A stretch of 64,000 bases of DNA from Chrysomallon squamiferum. Lineage: Eukaryota; Animalia; Mollusca. Below, in pieces: positions 25,251-39,704 of this stretch. Location of the stretch: NCBI GenBank assembly GCA_012295275.1, contig CM022677.1, forward strand, positions 124,001 through 188,000. Reading direction: 5' to 3'. The first letter of the stretch is position 1; each line of letters begins with the position of its first letter. Under the pieces are notes generated by a model. That model worked only from the letters and a program-made list of their open reading frames with translations, was not told where the DNA came from and did no database searches. The translations under genes were made by a program, and so were the position numbers.

Positions 25251-25660
25251 CAGTCTATCTCACTAATTATATATCCTTCTCATTATACACATCTCTCTGT
25301 ATGTCTGTCTCTGTATATGTCTGTCTATCTCACTAATTATATACCCTTCTCATTATACACATCTCTCTGTATGTCTGGCTCTGTGTCTGTCAGTCTATCT
25401 CACTAATTATATACCCTTCTCATTATACACATCTCTCTGTATGTCTGACTCTGTGTCTGTCAGTCTATCTCACTAATTATATAACCTTCTCATTATACAC
25501 ATCTCTCTGTATGTCTGACTCTGTGTCTGTCAGTCTATCTCACTAATTATATACCCTTCTCATTATACACATCTCTCTGTATGTCTGACTCTGTGTCTGT
25601 CAGTCTATCTCACTAATTATATACCCTTCTCATTATACACATCTCTCTCTGTATGTCTGT
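25251..25660. repeat. 70-bp minisatellite, about 6 copies
   Basis: CAGTCTATCTCACTAATTATATACCCTTCTCATTATACACATCTCTCTGTATGTCTGACTCTGTGTCTGT recurs at 25391, 25461, 25531 and 25601, with degenerate copies upstream. Confidence 0.96.
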
Positions 25661-26238
25661 ATTTATCAAACTTCTAGTCTATCTTTTCATTTATCTCTCA
25701 GAAATACATACACACTCTTGCACACACATTATGCATATATACCCATTTTCTCTCAGTAATAAGAAAACACATATTCACATGCATACATACATATCATATG
25801 TAACACACTAAGGCAAATACAGAAGGATGAAGTTGTCTTTGTCATCTCAGTATTGATCAGTTGTATTTGACAATATTTTAATTTTTGAAACATTTTCACT
25901 TTGATGTGAACACTGTCAGTGTATATTAACAGACAGTCACATTTTGATCAATTGTTCTCATTTGCAATCATTTAAACATCATCTTTTTCAAACTATGGGC
26001 TTATATTGACTTTTTATCACTTTATTCCATATACATAATGACTTGCTTCTAAGTTAGTTCTCAGTAGTAATGGATTTCACTCAACATGTAATGGTGTTTA
26101 TGGTCATTTTATTTTAAAGAGTAATTACTGCTATTTAGAGGTTGTTTAAAAAAAAGTACAAATAATGAGAGGGAAACAGGGAATAAAATACTGATTTGTC
26201 TTCACAAACATCACACAAAAGCTCTCTCTCTCTCTCTC

Positions 26239-26316
<78 letters not shown>

Positions 26317-26888
26317 CGTGTGTGTGTATGCGTGTGTGTGTGCATGCAGAAAATACATGTGTCCACCTGAACTGCAGTTTCTCAGAAATGTGCTGGGTTT
26401 TTTTTATTGAAACAGTCTCTCCTCCACTCATCCAGTCTGATTATTTATATAAAAAAAAACTAAAACTAAAATTAAAAAAAATAAATAAATAAATAAATAA
26501 ATAAAATTATATGGACAGGCCAGGAGTTGGTTTGTTTAGCTTGGAAAGAGGATATTTGAGCTAAACACAAAGAGTTTAATAAACAAGTGTTTAGCAGGTT
26601 GATAATAACTAGCCTGATATAGACACAAAATACACAAATAGTTGCATATACACTGTAATACACATTCACATTCATGCACTCATGCAGACAAATATACACA
26701 AATACTCATATACTGTCATGTTTTAGAATAGTCATGTATATTCATATACACACCAGCAATAACATGTATACATACATGATACATGATCTGTATATATATA
26801 TTCAAACACAAACACATTCATGTACACATACATGTAACTTTATCTTATGTCTGAAACCAGTTATACCCTTTTATATCAATATAAATAT

Positions 26889-26934
<46 letters not shown>

Positions 26935-26986
26935 AAGACACTGGATGTATAAAACAGATAGATGAATGAAAGGATAAATGACAATG

Positions 26987-27030
<44 letters not shown>

Positions 27031-28355
27031 CAAAAAAGTACATTGAATTCTTTTTATTGTCTTTTTTTAAAAATGAAATTCGAACTACCAAGTAAAGAGG
27101 CAGACACACAGACACACGCATCTACACTTAGATACATTTAATTTACTATAACCTTGTATATCCTGTTTGCATATTTTCACTACACAGGGCTTTCCTAAGA
27201 GTGCATTACAGTTAACTAACCCATGTCTTTAACTATGCAATTTTAGAGATTTCTGCAAAATGAATTCTTTTATGGATGGTAATAATATGGTAATCCTGGA
27301 GTTTATTTATTTATTCTAAAATACTGCCTATAAAATTGAACAAAACTGCATTTCCTAAAGTACTTGACCCTTCAGTGTAGATAGAAATACATTTAATGTA
27401 TTTATCATGTATACATTTCTGTTTAAACATCACAGATGAAGTTTAAACTATCTTGTGTTTGAATTTTGTTTAGGTCAGTCCTGCAACAAAAGAGAAATAA
27501 AGAAGAAAACATTTAAAATATTTTAAAAATTATTTTATTCAAGAAATCAATAAGGAAAGCAGATAGTTCCAACTGAATCAAACCAAAATAAAACAAAACA
27601 GTCTCACTGGTCCTGATGAAGAAAAAAAACAAAAAACAAAACCAAACTTAAAATAAAATTAAAATCATCAGACAGCCAGCCATAAATCATTTTTATGAAT
27701 AAACAAACAAATAAATAAAATTAAAATAAACACCTAAATAAGAGTTCTCACTATGTGATAAATTACTTGTAGCTAGAAATAACCAAACTATAAATCTGTT
27801 AAATATAAAATTACTTTCAGCAAAAGAAATGCTTAATTTTTAGTCTCCTTAATTTCACAATGTTTACTATTGACTTTGATTTTTCTTTATAACAGTTTAA
27901 AGTTTTACAAGTCTGAAACCACCAACGACTGTTAAATACAAAGATAATAAAAATGTAACTGAAAGTTTCAAAGTATGAACTAATCTTTTTGAAAGAAAGC
28001 AAATAAGAATTTATTTCTGGATGATTTGCAGTTCAAATTATAAACATGCTCTCTTTTCTGTAAGAGAAAGTTTAATTATGTTTCAGTTATTATTATTTTT
28101 GAGTGGGTTAGTACAACAACTCTTTTTCCAAAACAACATTATTTCTGAGACAAAATCTACAAACAAGTTAATTTTATTTCTTTATAAATACAAATATCAA
28201 AAATGAGGCTTATTTTAAGAAAAAAATTATATATGTTTCACACAATACTATAAGAAAAAACTATTTTGTGTACAAAAGCTTCATTTCTTTTTTAATACAT
28301 AAACAACTTTCTGTTTAAAATATTCAAAACTGTATCACTCCCATACATGCACACC

Positions 28356-28387
<32 letters not shown>

Positions 28388-29123
28388 TAAACACACACAC
28401 ACATATACACACAAACACACATGAACTTCCACACAAACAACTGTTTAACATTATGTTAAAAACAGATTTAAAAAAACAAAAAACTAAATCATATTAAAAA
28501 TAATTATTTTACTTGTACAAACATACATTTGATAGCCACTCAGAAAAACATCACTCATGAAAATCTATTTTGGTTTCTTCTTTTTTAAAATATCCCAACA
28601 ACTTCATTAATGGTTACAAATTAATGCTGCAAGTATTATTAAGCAGTTTTCTTATCTGAATGTAAGTTTTAGTAATTAAAATAAAGTATATTCTAAACTA
28701 CAATTATAACATCTTTCAAGTAATTATATAAATTTATTATTATTATTTTCAATTATACAACTGTTATTATACATTATTGAGGATTATAATGAATTTTTCT
28801 AAATCACTTTTATAACATATATAAATATATGTATTCTTGACAGATAATTATTCAAAATATTTATTAAGTAAAAAAATAAATCTAACTTTTTCCAGCACTA
28901 AACAAAATTTGGTATTGGTACATTTTGTTATTTTCTAAATTAAAAATGGTGACATCAGCAAGTAGTTTCTTCCAAACTGAACTTTATAAAATAACTTATC
29001 ACAACATGGTGGTAAGAAGAGAGCAAGTTTGTTTTTTATTTTATTCTTGCAGATATTCCTCTCAGTTTATATCAGAGATTAAATTGATGAATTATTCTAA
29101 CTAGACTTTCAGAATATTGGAAT

Positions 29124-29216
<93 letters not shown>

Positions 29217-29764
29217 ATGTTTGTGTGTGTGCATGTGTGTGTTGGTCTGTGTGTGTGTGTTAAAAATATACACTTAAAGCTTCCAGGATTAATAGATAAA
29301 AAAATAAAAAAAATATCAGTCATGGAAATAGTGAGTATACAGCTGAGAATTAAATTAATTAAAGTCCTGAACGGAAATACTAGGTAAGTGAAATAATGTT
29401 TGATTAAAGGCACTAAACAATGAAACAGAATAATGAGTAATTCAGAGGTTTGTATACAGTTGAAATTGCATAACCAATTAATCTGATGTATTTATATTTT
29501 TATTTTTAACTTTAGGTAAATGTATATGAGAGAGAGAGTTATAATTTGACATAAAGGAAACAAAGATTAGTAAAAAAAACCTAGTATGGGCTTTTATAAA
29601 TTATGTTCTGTATAACTTAAAATATTTATATATAAATATAGTTTATTAACAAAACCAAGAGTTCAGTGTTTAATATACACATCATTATAAACAAATTATA
29701 TGACAAACATCTACTGTATGCAGAGAGATCACATTAGACGATTAGACAATCTAGTGATACATAT

Positions 29765-29799
<35 letters not shown>

Positions 29800-31253
29800 C
29801 TAAATATTTGGACGCTCTTTTTTCGATGGATTTTCAAAAGTTTTATGAAAATAGCAGATACTCCAGGAAGAGGGAGACAAGGATCCAGTATCACATACAT
29901 ATTGAAGAAACTCTTACTTATTAAATTATCAGTTTCAGCAGATGAAGTGATTTTAAAAGATTTTAAGAACGCCAGTTCCCTTCAGTTTGTTTACGAAACT
30001 TTCAGCTACTTTGTGTAGGAACGCCAATAACACTGTCTTCACAGCGCTTAACTGACGTCACAAAACGAGCGAAAATTGACAGGATCAGTTATGAGCAATT
30101 TTTTCTTTTCTTTTCTTTTTATTGTAAATAATCAATTTTATTGACCTAATTCAAACAAAGATTCAAATTTTATTATTTTGAACACGATATCAGGTGCCCC
30201 GAATCATTAGTTTAACCATCTGACTGGTTAAACTAATGTTTGTATAAACAATGTAGATATTTTTATTTATTTAAAATAGTACAAATATTATTTTCTAAAG
30301 AGATACTGTATTTTTTTTTTTTTTTTAATTTTATTATCTTTGCTAACAATAAATATTTTGAGCTGATATTATTGTAAAAATATAGTCTAAGCACATTTCA
30401 GATATTCAACATCACTCATATTTCTGTTTCACTTGTTCATATTTTTTGTCTGATAAACTTTTCAATTTGTGTTGTTGCCTTGTTATTCGTTATTAATGCA
30501 GTTTTCAGATACATTTGAATGAACTGTTATGAATGCAATAAACATCTCTACCAAAAACTTTGAATCCATTTTGACAAAAGAATCTTCCGCTTGTAAATGT
30601 CACTCGGCCTGTCGATTCAACAAAAAGCCTGGGAACTACTGAATTAATGATCACGTCGAGAGTGGTGGGTGTTTCGGGTTCTTGTTTCACAGAATGATCT
30701 GGCGACAGACGTCTAGCGGCAAGGTTCAACACGTTGCCAAATAACGCGAGTTCCTTTTCTTTCTTACTAAAAGCCCCGATAATTTTTTGATATGGCAGAA
30801 CTGTGGATTAATGTGACAGATAACAATATTTCTATTCATCTATATTGAATGTTCAGTGCTAGTGCTAATACAGTTTTTGAGAAAAGTATTTATAATTTTC
30901 ATTGCGTTATTATTAATCTTGTCTTCAGTTGTTTCAGAAAAACATTTGGTTAAACAAGTGCACACATCAACATCAAACCTATCTCTGAAAATCTATACTT
31001 TTTCATAGAACATGATTATTGTGAGCACTCGTATGAAAAAAACTGTGATTTCTTCAATTGAGGATAATGTAAATTCTCTTAACACACGTGATCGCTGACT
31101 GTAAATCATAAAACAAAAGACCTGAATTAATATAAGGAATATGTGTTTTATTAATTTGCGTACATTTCAATAAAAATATCGAATCCTTTCTTCACATTCA
31201 GAGTTAACAAAAGACAGAGGATTCTTTAATAGTCCAGTCAGTCATCATCATCA

Positions 31254-31308
<55 letters not shown>

Positions 31309-31700
31309 TTAAGTCAATAAACTCATCAAATTTAATTCGACGTTTTGTTTACTATGAGAAATAATTTGATTAATCTGAAATTCAGCAACATTTTCAGATT
31401 TATTCGAAACAAAAGACAGAACATAAATAGTTATTAAAATTAATTTTTATAACTGAGGGGAAAACCTTATCAGTGTAAATAGCGGCATTCTTAAGTAAAA
31501 CTGTCACTTTATTTTTAATTGTTTATAATTATGTGATGTTACATAAAGTATTCGTTTAAATAGCAGTATCCTTAATTAAAACAATCTTCTTATTTTATAA
31601 TTATATGATGTATATGATTTATAGTGAAATGCGCTCTTTTTTACAAAATAAACTGATACCTTTGTATACATAATGGAATATTTAAGTTTTCTTCTATTTT

Positions 31701-31744
<44 letters not shown>

Positions 31745-32039
31745 CATAATAATAATTGAAATAAAAATTTAAAAATCTAAATTAAACTCTATATTACGCT
31801 CTATATTTCCCAAATTACAGGTATTCTCTATAATCGATGTTCTTACTTGAAATTATCATTTTAAAGTGTAGTGTAATATAATTTATGTCGTTAATGTTGC
31901 GCCTTATAACGTTTTCTGCTTCTAGCAGAAGGTAAGAATATAGAGAAAGGTACAGATCAATAATGTTGTCTAAAACTGTTTGAGATGTAAGATGTTATAA
32001 AGGAAAAGTTCAGAGGAAGCGAGATTAGATAACAGCGAT

Positions 32040-33200
32040 CAAAAACATAAAAGGAATGATGAGGAGTTCACCAATAAGGTTAGGAGCAAAGCCGGTATGA
32101 TGGCAATGAAGCCGATATTAATATAGATATTAATATAGGAAGCGTACGTTACAAAATATGAATAACAGCAACAAAAAGCGAAAAAGAATATTGAAGTGAG
32201 CACCAAGACGTTAAGAACAATGCTGGAACGACGGTAATGACGGCGATATTAATAGAGATAACAACAACATATTTTTGTATAGGACGGGCAGGGTGAGAGA
32301 ATAAGAATAACACAGAATAAAAAACGAAAAGCAGTACAGCAGTAACATCAGGAACAATCCCCATACCACGGGAACGTAGGCGTCATTAATAGAAATTACA
32401 ATAATATATTTTAATAGGTGATGCGCCCGCTCAGAAAATATGAGGAATAATTAGTGAAAAGCACTAAAGAATAACGAGAATATATGCACACTAAGATGGT
32501 AAGAATAATAGCTAATAGAAAGAGTAAAAGAATAATGAAAAATACCAAAATATTTAGGAATAACCAGTTTACGACGGCAACGACTGTGACATTAATATAT
32601 TTTAATACATGAAGCACAGACTCAGAAAATAAGAATATAAAGCGAAAAAGAATAATGAGGAGTTCAGCAAGATGTTAAGAACAATGCAGGTACCACGGCA
32701 ACGACGGGGTCATTAAAAGGAATAGTATTAATATTTTATAACGTGGGCTGTGGACACTAAGAAAGTGTGAAAAATAGTTAAATAAAAGGAAAATAATAAG
32801 GAGGGGTACAAGTAGAACGTTGAGAATCAAGAATTATACTTATTATGTATTTCAATATATATTTATTTATTGGATCTAATCCCATAAATATCTCATAAAT
32901 AAAAATTTTGAATAGTACAACAATAATAATCATAATCATAAAATCAACAAATATTTTATATTGTTAGTATTAAATAATAATTTTCCTTAAACATATATAA
33001 TTATTCACATCGAACGTTGAAAAGAAAGCCGTTACGTTGGTAGCGACGGCGACATTAATAGACATATTAATAATATATTCTAATATAGGATGTACACTCT
33101 GAGATGGTAAGAATAATAGCTGATAAAAAGAGAAAAAGAATAAGTACACCTAAAACATTAGAAACAACCCCTTTCGGACGGCAACGACGGCAACTCTACT
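32040..33200. repeat. Highly degenerate ~130-bp tandem repeat (also at about 52320-53960 in copy B)
   Basis: Recurrent core GAATAATGAGGAGT.CACC...GTTA.GAACAA.....ACGGCAA.GACGG.G..ATTAATAGA at roughly 120-140 bp spacing. Confidence 0.75.
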
Positions 33201-34330
33201 GTTCATATAGTTTTTTTAACCGTTACATACTTAAATGAATATCTCTAACAGTTATATATTTTATTTTATTTATTATTATTGTTATTATAAATATTCGGTG
33301 CGTGTTTTCTCTCCTTAACTTTCAAACCTGACTACGCCTCTGATGGGTGCTGAGGATATAAAATAGACTTAATTGTATAGTCTACATGTTCATAACTTGA
33401 AACCCTGTACTTACGTTTTACTAAGACTCGTACTGATTACATAATTATACGCCAGTCGGGAAATACAATTTAATTAGTGAAAACAGAAAAACTGAAATAA
33501 CAATGTAAGGACAAATTCAGGTAATTGTTTTATTTTTTTAAATTTATTTATTTATTTATTTATTTTTTTTTGTACATAATAGCGTCCATATACGCTAATC
33601 AACATTAATTTCAACAAATAAAAATGAAACAAATAAAAGACTGGAAGCACACTTTTAATCATTTTGCTTGTAAGGTATTCTGCAAAATAATTTGACGTCG
33701 AAATCCTGAAATTCTTTGATTGAGGGTCTAGGGGACGTAACTCTAAAAAATAAACGACAATCCCGCTAAGCTACGAGGTATCTGAACAAGTTTGTAACGT
33801 GAAAAATAATAAGAAAAACTAGAAATAATTGTCTTTGGATGGAAAGTAAAATGTAGAAGCCAACTTCTATACCATGGTATAGTATCTAAGTTTATATATT
33901 TTATCTACTCATAATGACGTTAATTGAATTCTTGATTGAAAGTAAAATGTAGAAGCCAATTTCTATCTAAATTTATATATTTTATCTACTCATAATGACG
34001 TTAATTGAATTCTTAGCAGATATATTGGTAGCATGGTCCAACAGGAAAAAATGCCTCCATGATTTAATAGGTGCAAACTATACCTGAATGTTGTTTTCTG
34101 CTGGTTCTGACACGGGGAATATTGCCAATTAGAAAAATTAATACATTAATCTTTTACCGAATTATAATTTTAGTTTATTATGCATAAAAATAATCCAGTT
34201 TGAATGATTAAGTTGAAAAGGCGCGTTACATCAAGGTTTGGTAATATGAACAGCCAGCTTTATCTTTTTCAGTGTAAGTCATAAAAAGTTCAGAAAACAG
34301 ATGTAAAATAATTGAATTTGGAAATTTAAA

Positions 34331-34416
34331 AACTTCCGTGAATCCGCGGAAACCTCCGATCAAAATCCAAGATGGCAGCGTCGAACGCCGATCAGTGTTT
34401 ACAAACTTTTAAACAC
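34331..34416 (+). promoter_or_regulatory. Housekeeping-type promoter and first exon candidate (ETS-like sites plus YY1-like CAAGATGGC over the ATG), copy A
   Basis: CpG-rich island in AT-rich DNA: ACTTCCG, CGGAAA, then CAAGATGGCAGCG. ATG 34372 gives MAASNADQCLQTFKH followed by GT at 34417. Confidence 0.55.
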
Positions 34417-34885
34417 GTATTCCTTCATATTGCAATCAATTCTGTTCAAAGTAATTTGCAGAAATATGGCATTTAATTACACAGTAGATGTCTATTATTG
34501 AGTATAAACTGCTGCAAAGGTAGAAACCTTTTTTCTTTTCTTTTGGTAACTTTGACGTCATACCATATCGAACCCGTTTCGTACTACATATATATTTTTT
34601 TTTTTCAGATATTATTATCATTCCTGTTGGTCCATGCTAATTAGAATTAATTTGTATTTGACTACTGACCATCTAAAATTATATTTGTTTACATTGTTGT
34701 TGTTCTTAAATTGACTGTCATCTGCCCGTTTAACAGAGTTGTTGTTATCAAACATAAAGATGAACGCAGATTACCTCATCTATATTTCAGTAAAAGAAAT
34801 GTTCTAATAATTTCTAATAATTATGATTATTATTATCATGATGATTATTATGATTATGATTATTGTTATTTAAATTTGATATTGA

Positions 34886-34959
<74 letters not shown>

Positions 34960-37442
34960 ATAATAATAATCATCATCATCAACATTTAATTTAGCTTTCT
35001 TTTTTATTTCAAAATTTGTTGGACTCTGTAATTTGTATTATTTCTTTATCCTGTTACTATTTCAGTAATATTTTATTTTATGACATTTTATTATTTTTCT
35101 TTTTCTATAATTTATTTATTTGTTTTATTTATTTTAAATATATCTGTGTGTGTGTGTGTGTGTGGATATATACATATACTATCTGAATTCTTCTGTCTTC
35201 TTAGGTTTTATTCTTCTAGTTTCTTCTTATTCCTGTGATATTCATATTTCTTCATTTTTTTTTTTTTTTTTTCTTTTTATTTTTTTTTTCTTTAAAGTTA
35301 TTTTTTTTAACCTATTTACCATGATTATTGTTTCTTGTTATTTTTCAACATTAGAATTTCTTCAAAATCTTCTTTTTCTTCTTGTCTGTTTTTCTTGACT
35401 GTATATATTTTCAGTTATTTTAATGATAAGCAAGATTTTTTTAATTTACGTTTTAAGTCTCCCAGTTTCTGTACATAGTTCTTATTATTCTTTCATTTTG
35501 TTTCTTTATATTTTAAATTCTTAATTTTTATTTTAATGAATTTTATTGTTTATTTATTATTTTGTTTTTTATTATTATTTTTTTGTTTTTGTTTTTGAAG
35601 CTACTGACATTCTTATTCTTGTTAATGTTATTCTTCATTCTTTTTTGTTTCTTATTCTTCATTTCCTAGTGTCTGCATATTCTTTTATGTTACCATTATT
35701 TGTTATTTACTTATTTTTTCCTGACATTACTTAAATTATTTCTGTAAGTTCTTCAGTTGTCTTTCTTTTATCATTTTAATTTGTTTTGTTTTGTTTTTTA
35801 ATTTTGTTCTCCTGCTCATTTTATTTGAAGAATGAGAATTATTTTATTTTTATTATTATGTATGTGTATGTATTTATATTATTATTATAATTTTAATGTT
35901 AATTCTAATTTTGATTGATTTCTTTATTTCTTTTATTTATTTATTTGTTTATTTATTTTTAGCATTAATATTTTCAATCTCTTAACTGCATAATAAGTTA
36001 TTTTTCTAAATTCTAATAATTTTAATGTTAATTCTAATTTTGATTTATGTATTTATTTATTTATTTATTTATTTGTTTATTTATTTTTAGTATTAATATT
36101 TTCAATCTCTTAACTGCATAATAAGTTATTTTTCTAAATTCTAATAATTCAAATTTTTTATTTTATTATTTATTTATTTATTATTATTATTATTGTAATT
36201 ATTATATTTTTTTTTACAAGCTAGTTATAATTATTTTTATTATTTTATTTTTTCTTCATGTTTCTTTTTATTCTTTTTTAGTGTTTTAATAAAACAAGTT
36301 ACCTAGTAATATCTCAGAGAATTAATATTTCTGTTACTAGTGTAGATGTTCTGTCTTCCTAATTCAAAACCTGTTTTCATTGATGATGTCGTATTTCTAG
36401 TGTTTGCTGAACAAACCCAAACAATAATGAAGTTGTAAACTTGTATTGACAATATATTTTGTTTTCTGAAAATTATTATTATTAGTGATTTTTTTAGAAC
36501 CAGTATTATTCTGATAACTTGTTTGTTACTATTAGTGTCTTTTAAATTGTTACCAATGATTTGGATAAATATTTGTATTTATATTCACTTAATGTTTTCT
36601 CTTAATTTCAAGGTCTGCCCTCCGTTAATATATATATATATTTTTTTCTATTTGTTATTTCCACAGAACTGACATAGGTTTCACATCATTGAAAACGAAA
36701 CAGCAGTTGGCATCAAATACATCAGTACCACCAGAGACAAATTGACACTACCACAACAACCACTGAAAACTCAAACTCCTGTGCAAAGAAACATCCAGAC
36801 ACACTAGAAAAGAAACCAGAAACACCATCACCCATTGCCAGAGGTTTTTCAGTAAAAATAATGTCTAAGAAATAAAGCAAACAGAAAATGTTTGATCATG
36901 TGATTCGACTGACTAATCTTCTTGTGAATTTTTTTTTGGAATTTTTATTGAAAGCAGCCAGACCAAGACTTAAACTGCCACAAGCTTTACCACTTAGTCA
37001 CTTAGTCAGATTATAAAACCTTTAAGAAATATTCAGGTAAATATGTCTGTAAATATGTCTTAGTCTATCTGTCTCTTTCTCTTTCTACCTACCTCTCTAT
37101 TTATTTATTTTATATCTGTCTCTGCTTTTCTGTTTGTATTTCTTTCCTTGAAAATGTTCAGATAAATATGTTTATCTTTCTTACTATGTCTCTACTTACT
37201 ATATACTTATCTGTTTTTCTGTCTCTATCTTTATGTATCATTTCTTATTTGTTCCTAATTATCATGTTGTTTGTTTTCTTTCTTATTTCTTTTTTCTTTT
37301 CTTTATATTTTTAAAAATTATTTTTAGTAGACAAGTTGGTTAGTTTATTTATAAATCTTCTGCCTATCTTCTGTCTATTTGATGTATGTATCTATCTATC
37401 TAACATTTATTTATTTGCTTATTAATTTTAATTTATTTAAAG

Positions 37443-37791
37443 TCAGTGTAATATGAGTGATGTTGGTCAAAAGATTTGTGTACTGCAGTCACAGAAAATT
37501 CTTCTCTCACTGAACTTAACATCAGCAGCAATCAGGTGGGTGTGTCAGTAACTAGTCAATCAGACCTCAGCCTGATTAACCAATCAGACTACAGATAGAG
37601 ATTAACCAATGAAATCACAGAATGATTAACCAACCAATCTTCAGAGAGAGATCAGTCAATCAGAATTAATTAGCTCAATATTATTTTTGTACACACTATG
37701 CTTATTTTAATCAGTGACATTAAATTATTTTCTGCTTAGGTGAATTACTATTATTTATATTATTATTATTACCATTATTATTATTATTATG

Positions 37792-37824
<33 letters not shown>

Positions 37825-38010
37825 TGTTTTTATTATTATTATGATTTGTTTTTATTACAAGCTGGGGTCACTAAATCGTGTACTCAGTTTTTGTCTGCTG
37901 TTTTCAGTCATCCAAGATGACAGTTTTTTGTCTGAATGATGCAAAACTTAACAACCAAATACTTACTGTTGATGGTTTATTTAGATTTGTAAAATATATA
38001 TATATATATT

Positions 38011-38062
<52 letters not shown>

Positions 38063-38323
38063 ACACACACACACATACACACACATGTATTTCATTCTGT
38101 AACTATCTACGTTTGACAAATTTGTCATTATTATATTTTTTTCTACTTTTATTTTCTTTTTCTCCTCGTAGTTAATAGGTTTAATACTGTTTTTCACTTA
38201 TTTCAGATATTCCAGATTCCAAATCAGTCACAAGTTCTCTACAGGAATTAAGACTGAACTCCAGTTTTTTAACCAACCAGCTGTTTGAGTTTCCAAGGAA
38301 AACTCCTCTCTTTGAAAGATGTG
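37443..38323 (+). pseudogene. Two decayed exons of a ribonuclease-inhibitor-type leucine-rich-repeat protein, copy A (37443-37535, 38207-38323)
   Basis: AG|...CAG|GTGGGT exon: QCNMSDVG/(frameshift)KDLCTAVTENSSLTELNISSNQ, fitting LxxLxLxxN. TTTCAG|...|GTAATT exon: SSLQELRLNSS...GKLLSLKDV. Confidence 0.7.
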
Positions 38324-38467
38324 GTAATTTTTGTTTAAATTTTATAAATGTTTCTAATATTTGAAAAATTATTATGTATATAATCCTTATCTTTCTGTAT
38401 CTGACATAGACAATTTCGTTAAACCATATGCTTAGAATATTAAACTCTGTATGCATGTGTGTGTGTA

Positions 38468-38860
38468 TGAATCAGCAGTAGTGATAATTGCTACTCTGAT
38501 ACTAGTATGTGTGTGTGTGTTTCTGTATGTGACTGTGTATGTTAGCAACACTGATAATTGCTAATCAGATAATAGTATGCATGTGTGTGTGTGTGTTTGA
38601 GTGTATCAGCAATAGTGATAATTGATACTCGGATAATACCATGTACGTGCATTTGAGAGTGTATCAGCAATAGTGATAATTGATACTCTCATAATAATGT
38701 GTGTGAGTATATCAGCAACAGTGATAGTTGCAACTCTGGTAATAGTGTCTGTTTCTATCTGTGAATCAGTTACAGCGATAATTGTTACTCATATAATAGT
38801 GTGTATGTCAGCAATAGTGATAATTGCTATTCTGATAACAGTGTGTGTGTCAGTGTGTGT
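38468..38860. repeat. Short array (about 8 units) of the TATCAGCAATAGTGATAATTGCTACTCTGATA satellite
   Basis: Conserved ~35-bp core separated by (TG)n-rich spacers. Confidence 0.9.
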
Positions 38861-39372
38861 GTTAAGAAATATTTGGTTATCAGTTTATATGTTTAAATGC
38901 TTTGTACAAAATACTCTGGCCTGTTTTATTTGAATCTGCCCTTAGTCTTTGTTTATACCACCAAGGGACACAACTCTGAGTCAAAGAGCTTGAGTGGAAA
39001 CTCATTAGGTAATAAATTATTTTTGTATTTTTCAGAAAAAATTAGTTCTTAATTCAAAATATGAAAATAGAAGCTTGCATATTGTTTGAGATTTCTTATG
39101 TTTAGTTTTATTACTATACCTACACAGGAGGAAAAATAACACATCTGAATAGCATCTAGTAAATACAATAGTTTTCTGTTCTTTATTATTTGTAACAGAG
39201 ATGTAATTAGCAACAAAAACATCAGCAGCAACATGTAACATGGTGGTGACAGTAGCAGCTATGATGTAGTAATAGTAGCAACAGCATCAGCAGTAGTAAT
39301 AATAACAGCTACTACTGTATCAAAACATCTAGAAAGAGTAGTAGTAATAATAATAATAACAACTAACATTGT

Positions 39373-39547
39373 AGGATAGTGATAATAAAAGCTAATGTGT
39401 AGCTGCAGTTATAGTAGGTAGTAGTAGCAGCAGTAGTAATAATAACTAGTTTAGTAGTAGTAATAATAACTAGTTTAGTAATACTACTGCAGCTACTACT
39501 GCCTACTATAACTACAGCTACACATTAGCTTTTATTATCACTATTCT
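39373..39547. repeat. 66-bp inverted repeat (4 differences) with a ~43-nt loop
   Basis: 39373-39438 AGGATAGTGATAATAAAAGCTAATGTGTAGCTGCAG... is the near reverse complement of 39482-39547. Confidence 0.9.
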
Positions 39548-39704
39548 AATAATAGCAGTAGTAGTAATAATAATAATAGCAGCAATGTAGTTTTAATAGA
39601 GGTGCAGTAGGAACAGCAGCTGTAGTTGCAATAGTCATAGTAGTAGTTCCTGCTTCCTTACATTTTAAATTTAAGTTTTTAAAATATTTTGTATTATCCT
39701 TCAG

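Larger units (their letters stand above)
26187..38860 (+). repeat. Segmental duplication copy A (~12.7 kb; partner 45985-~61380)
   Basis: Collinear matches from AATACTGATTTGTCTTCACAAACATCAC (26187/45985) through 29850/49625, 30650/50712, 34360/55225, 37445/58120 and 38207/58951 into the TATCAGCAATAGTGATAA satellite. Confidence 0.96.
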
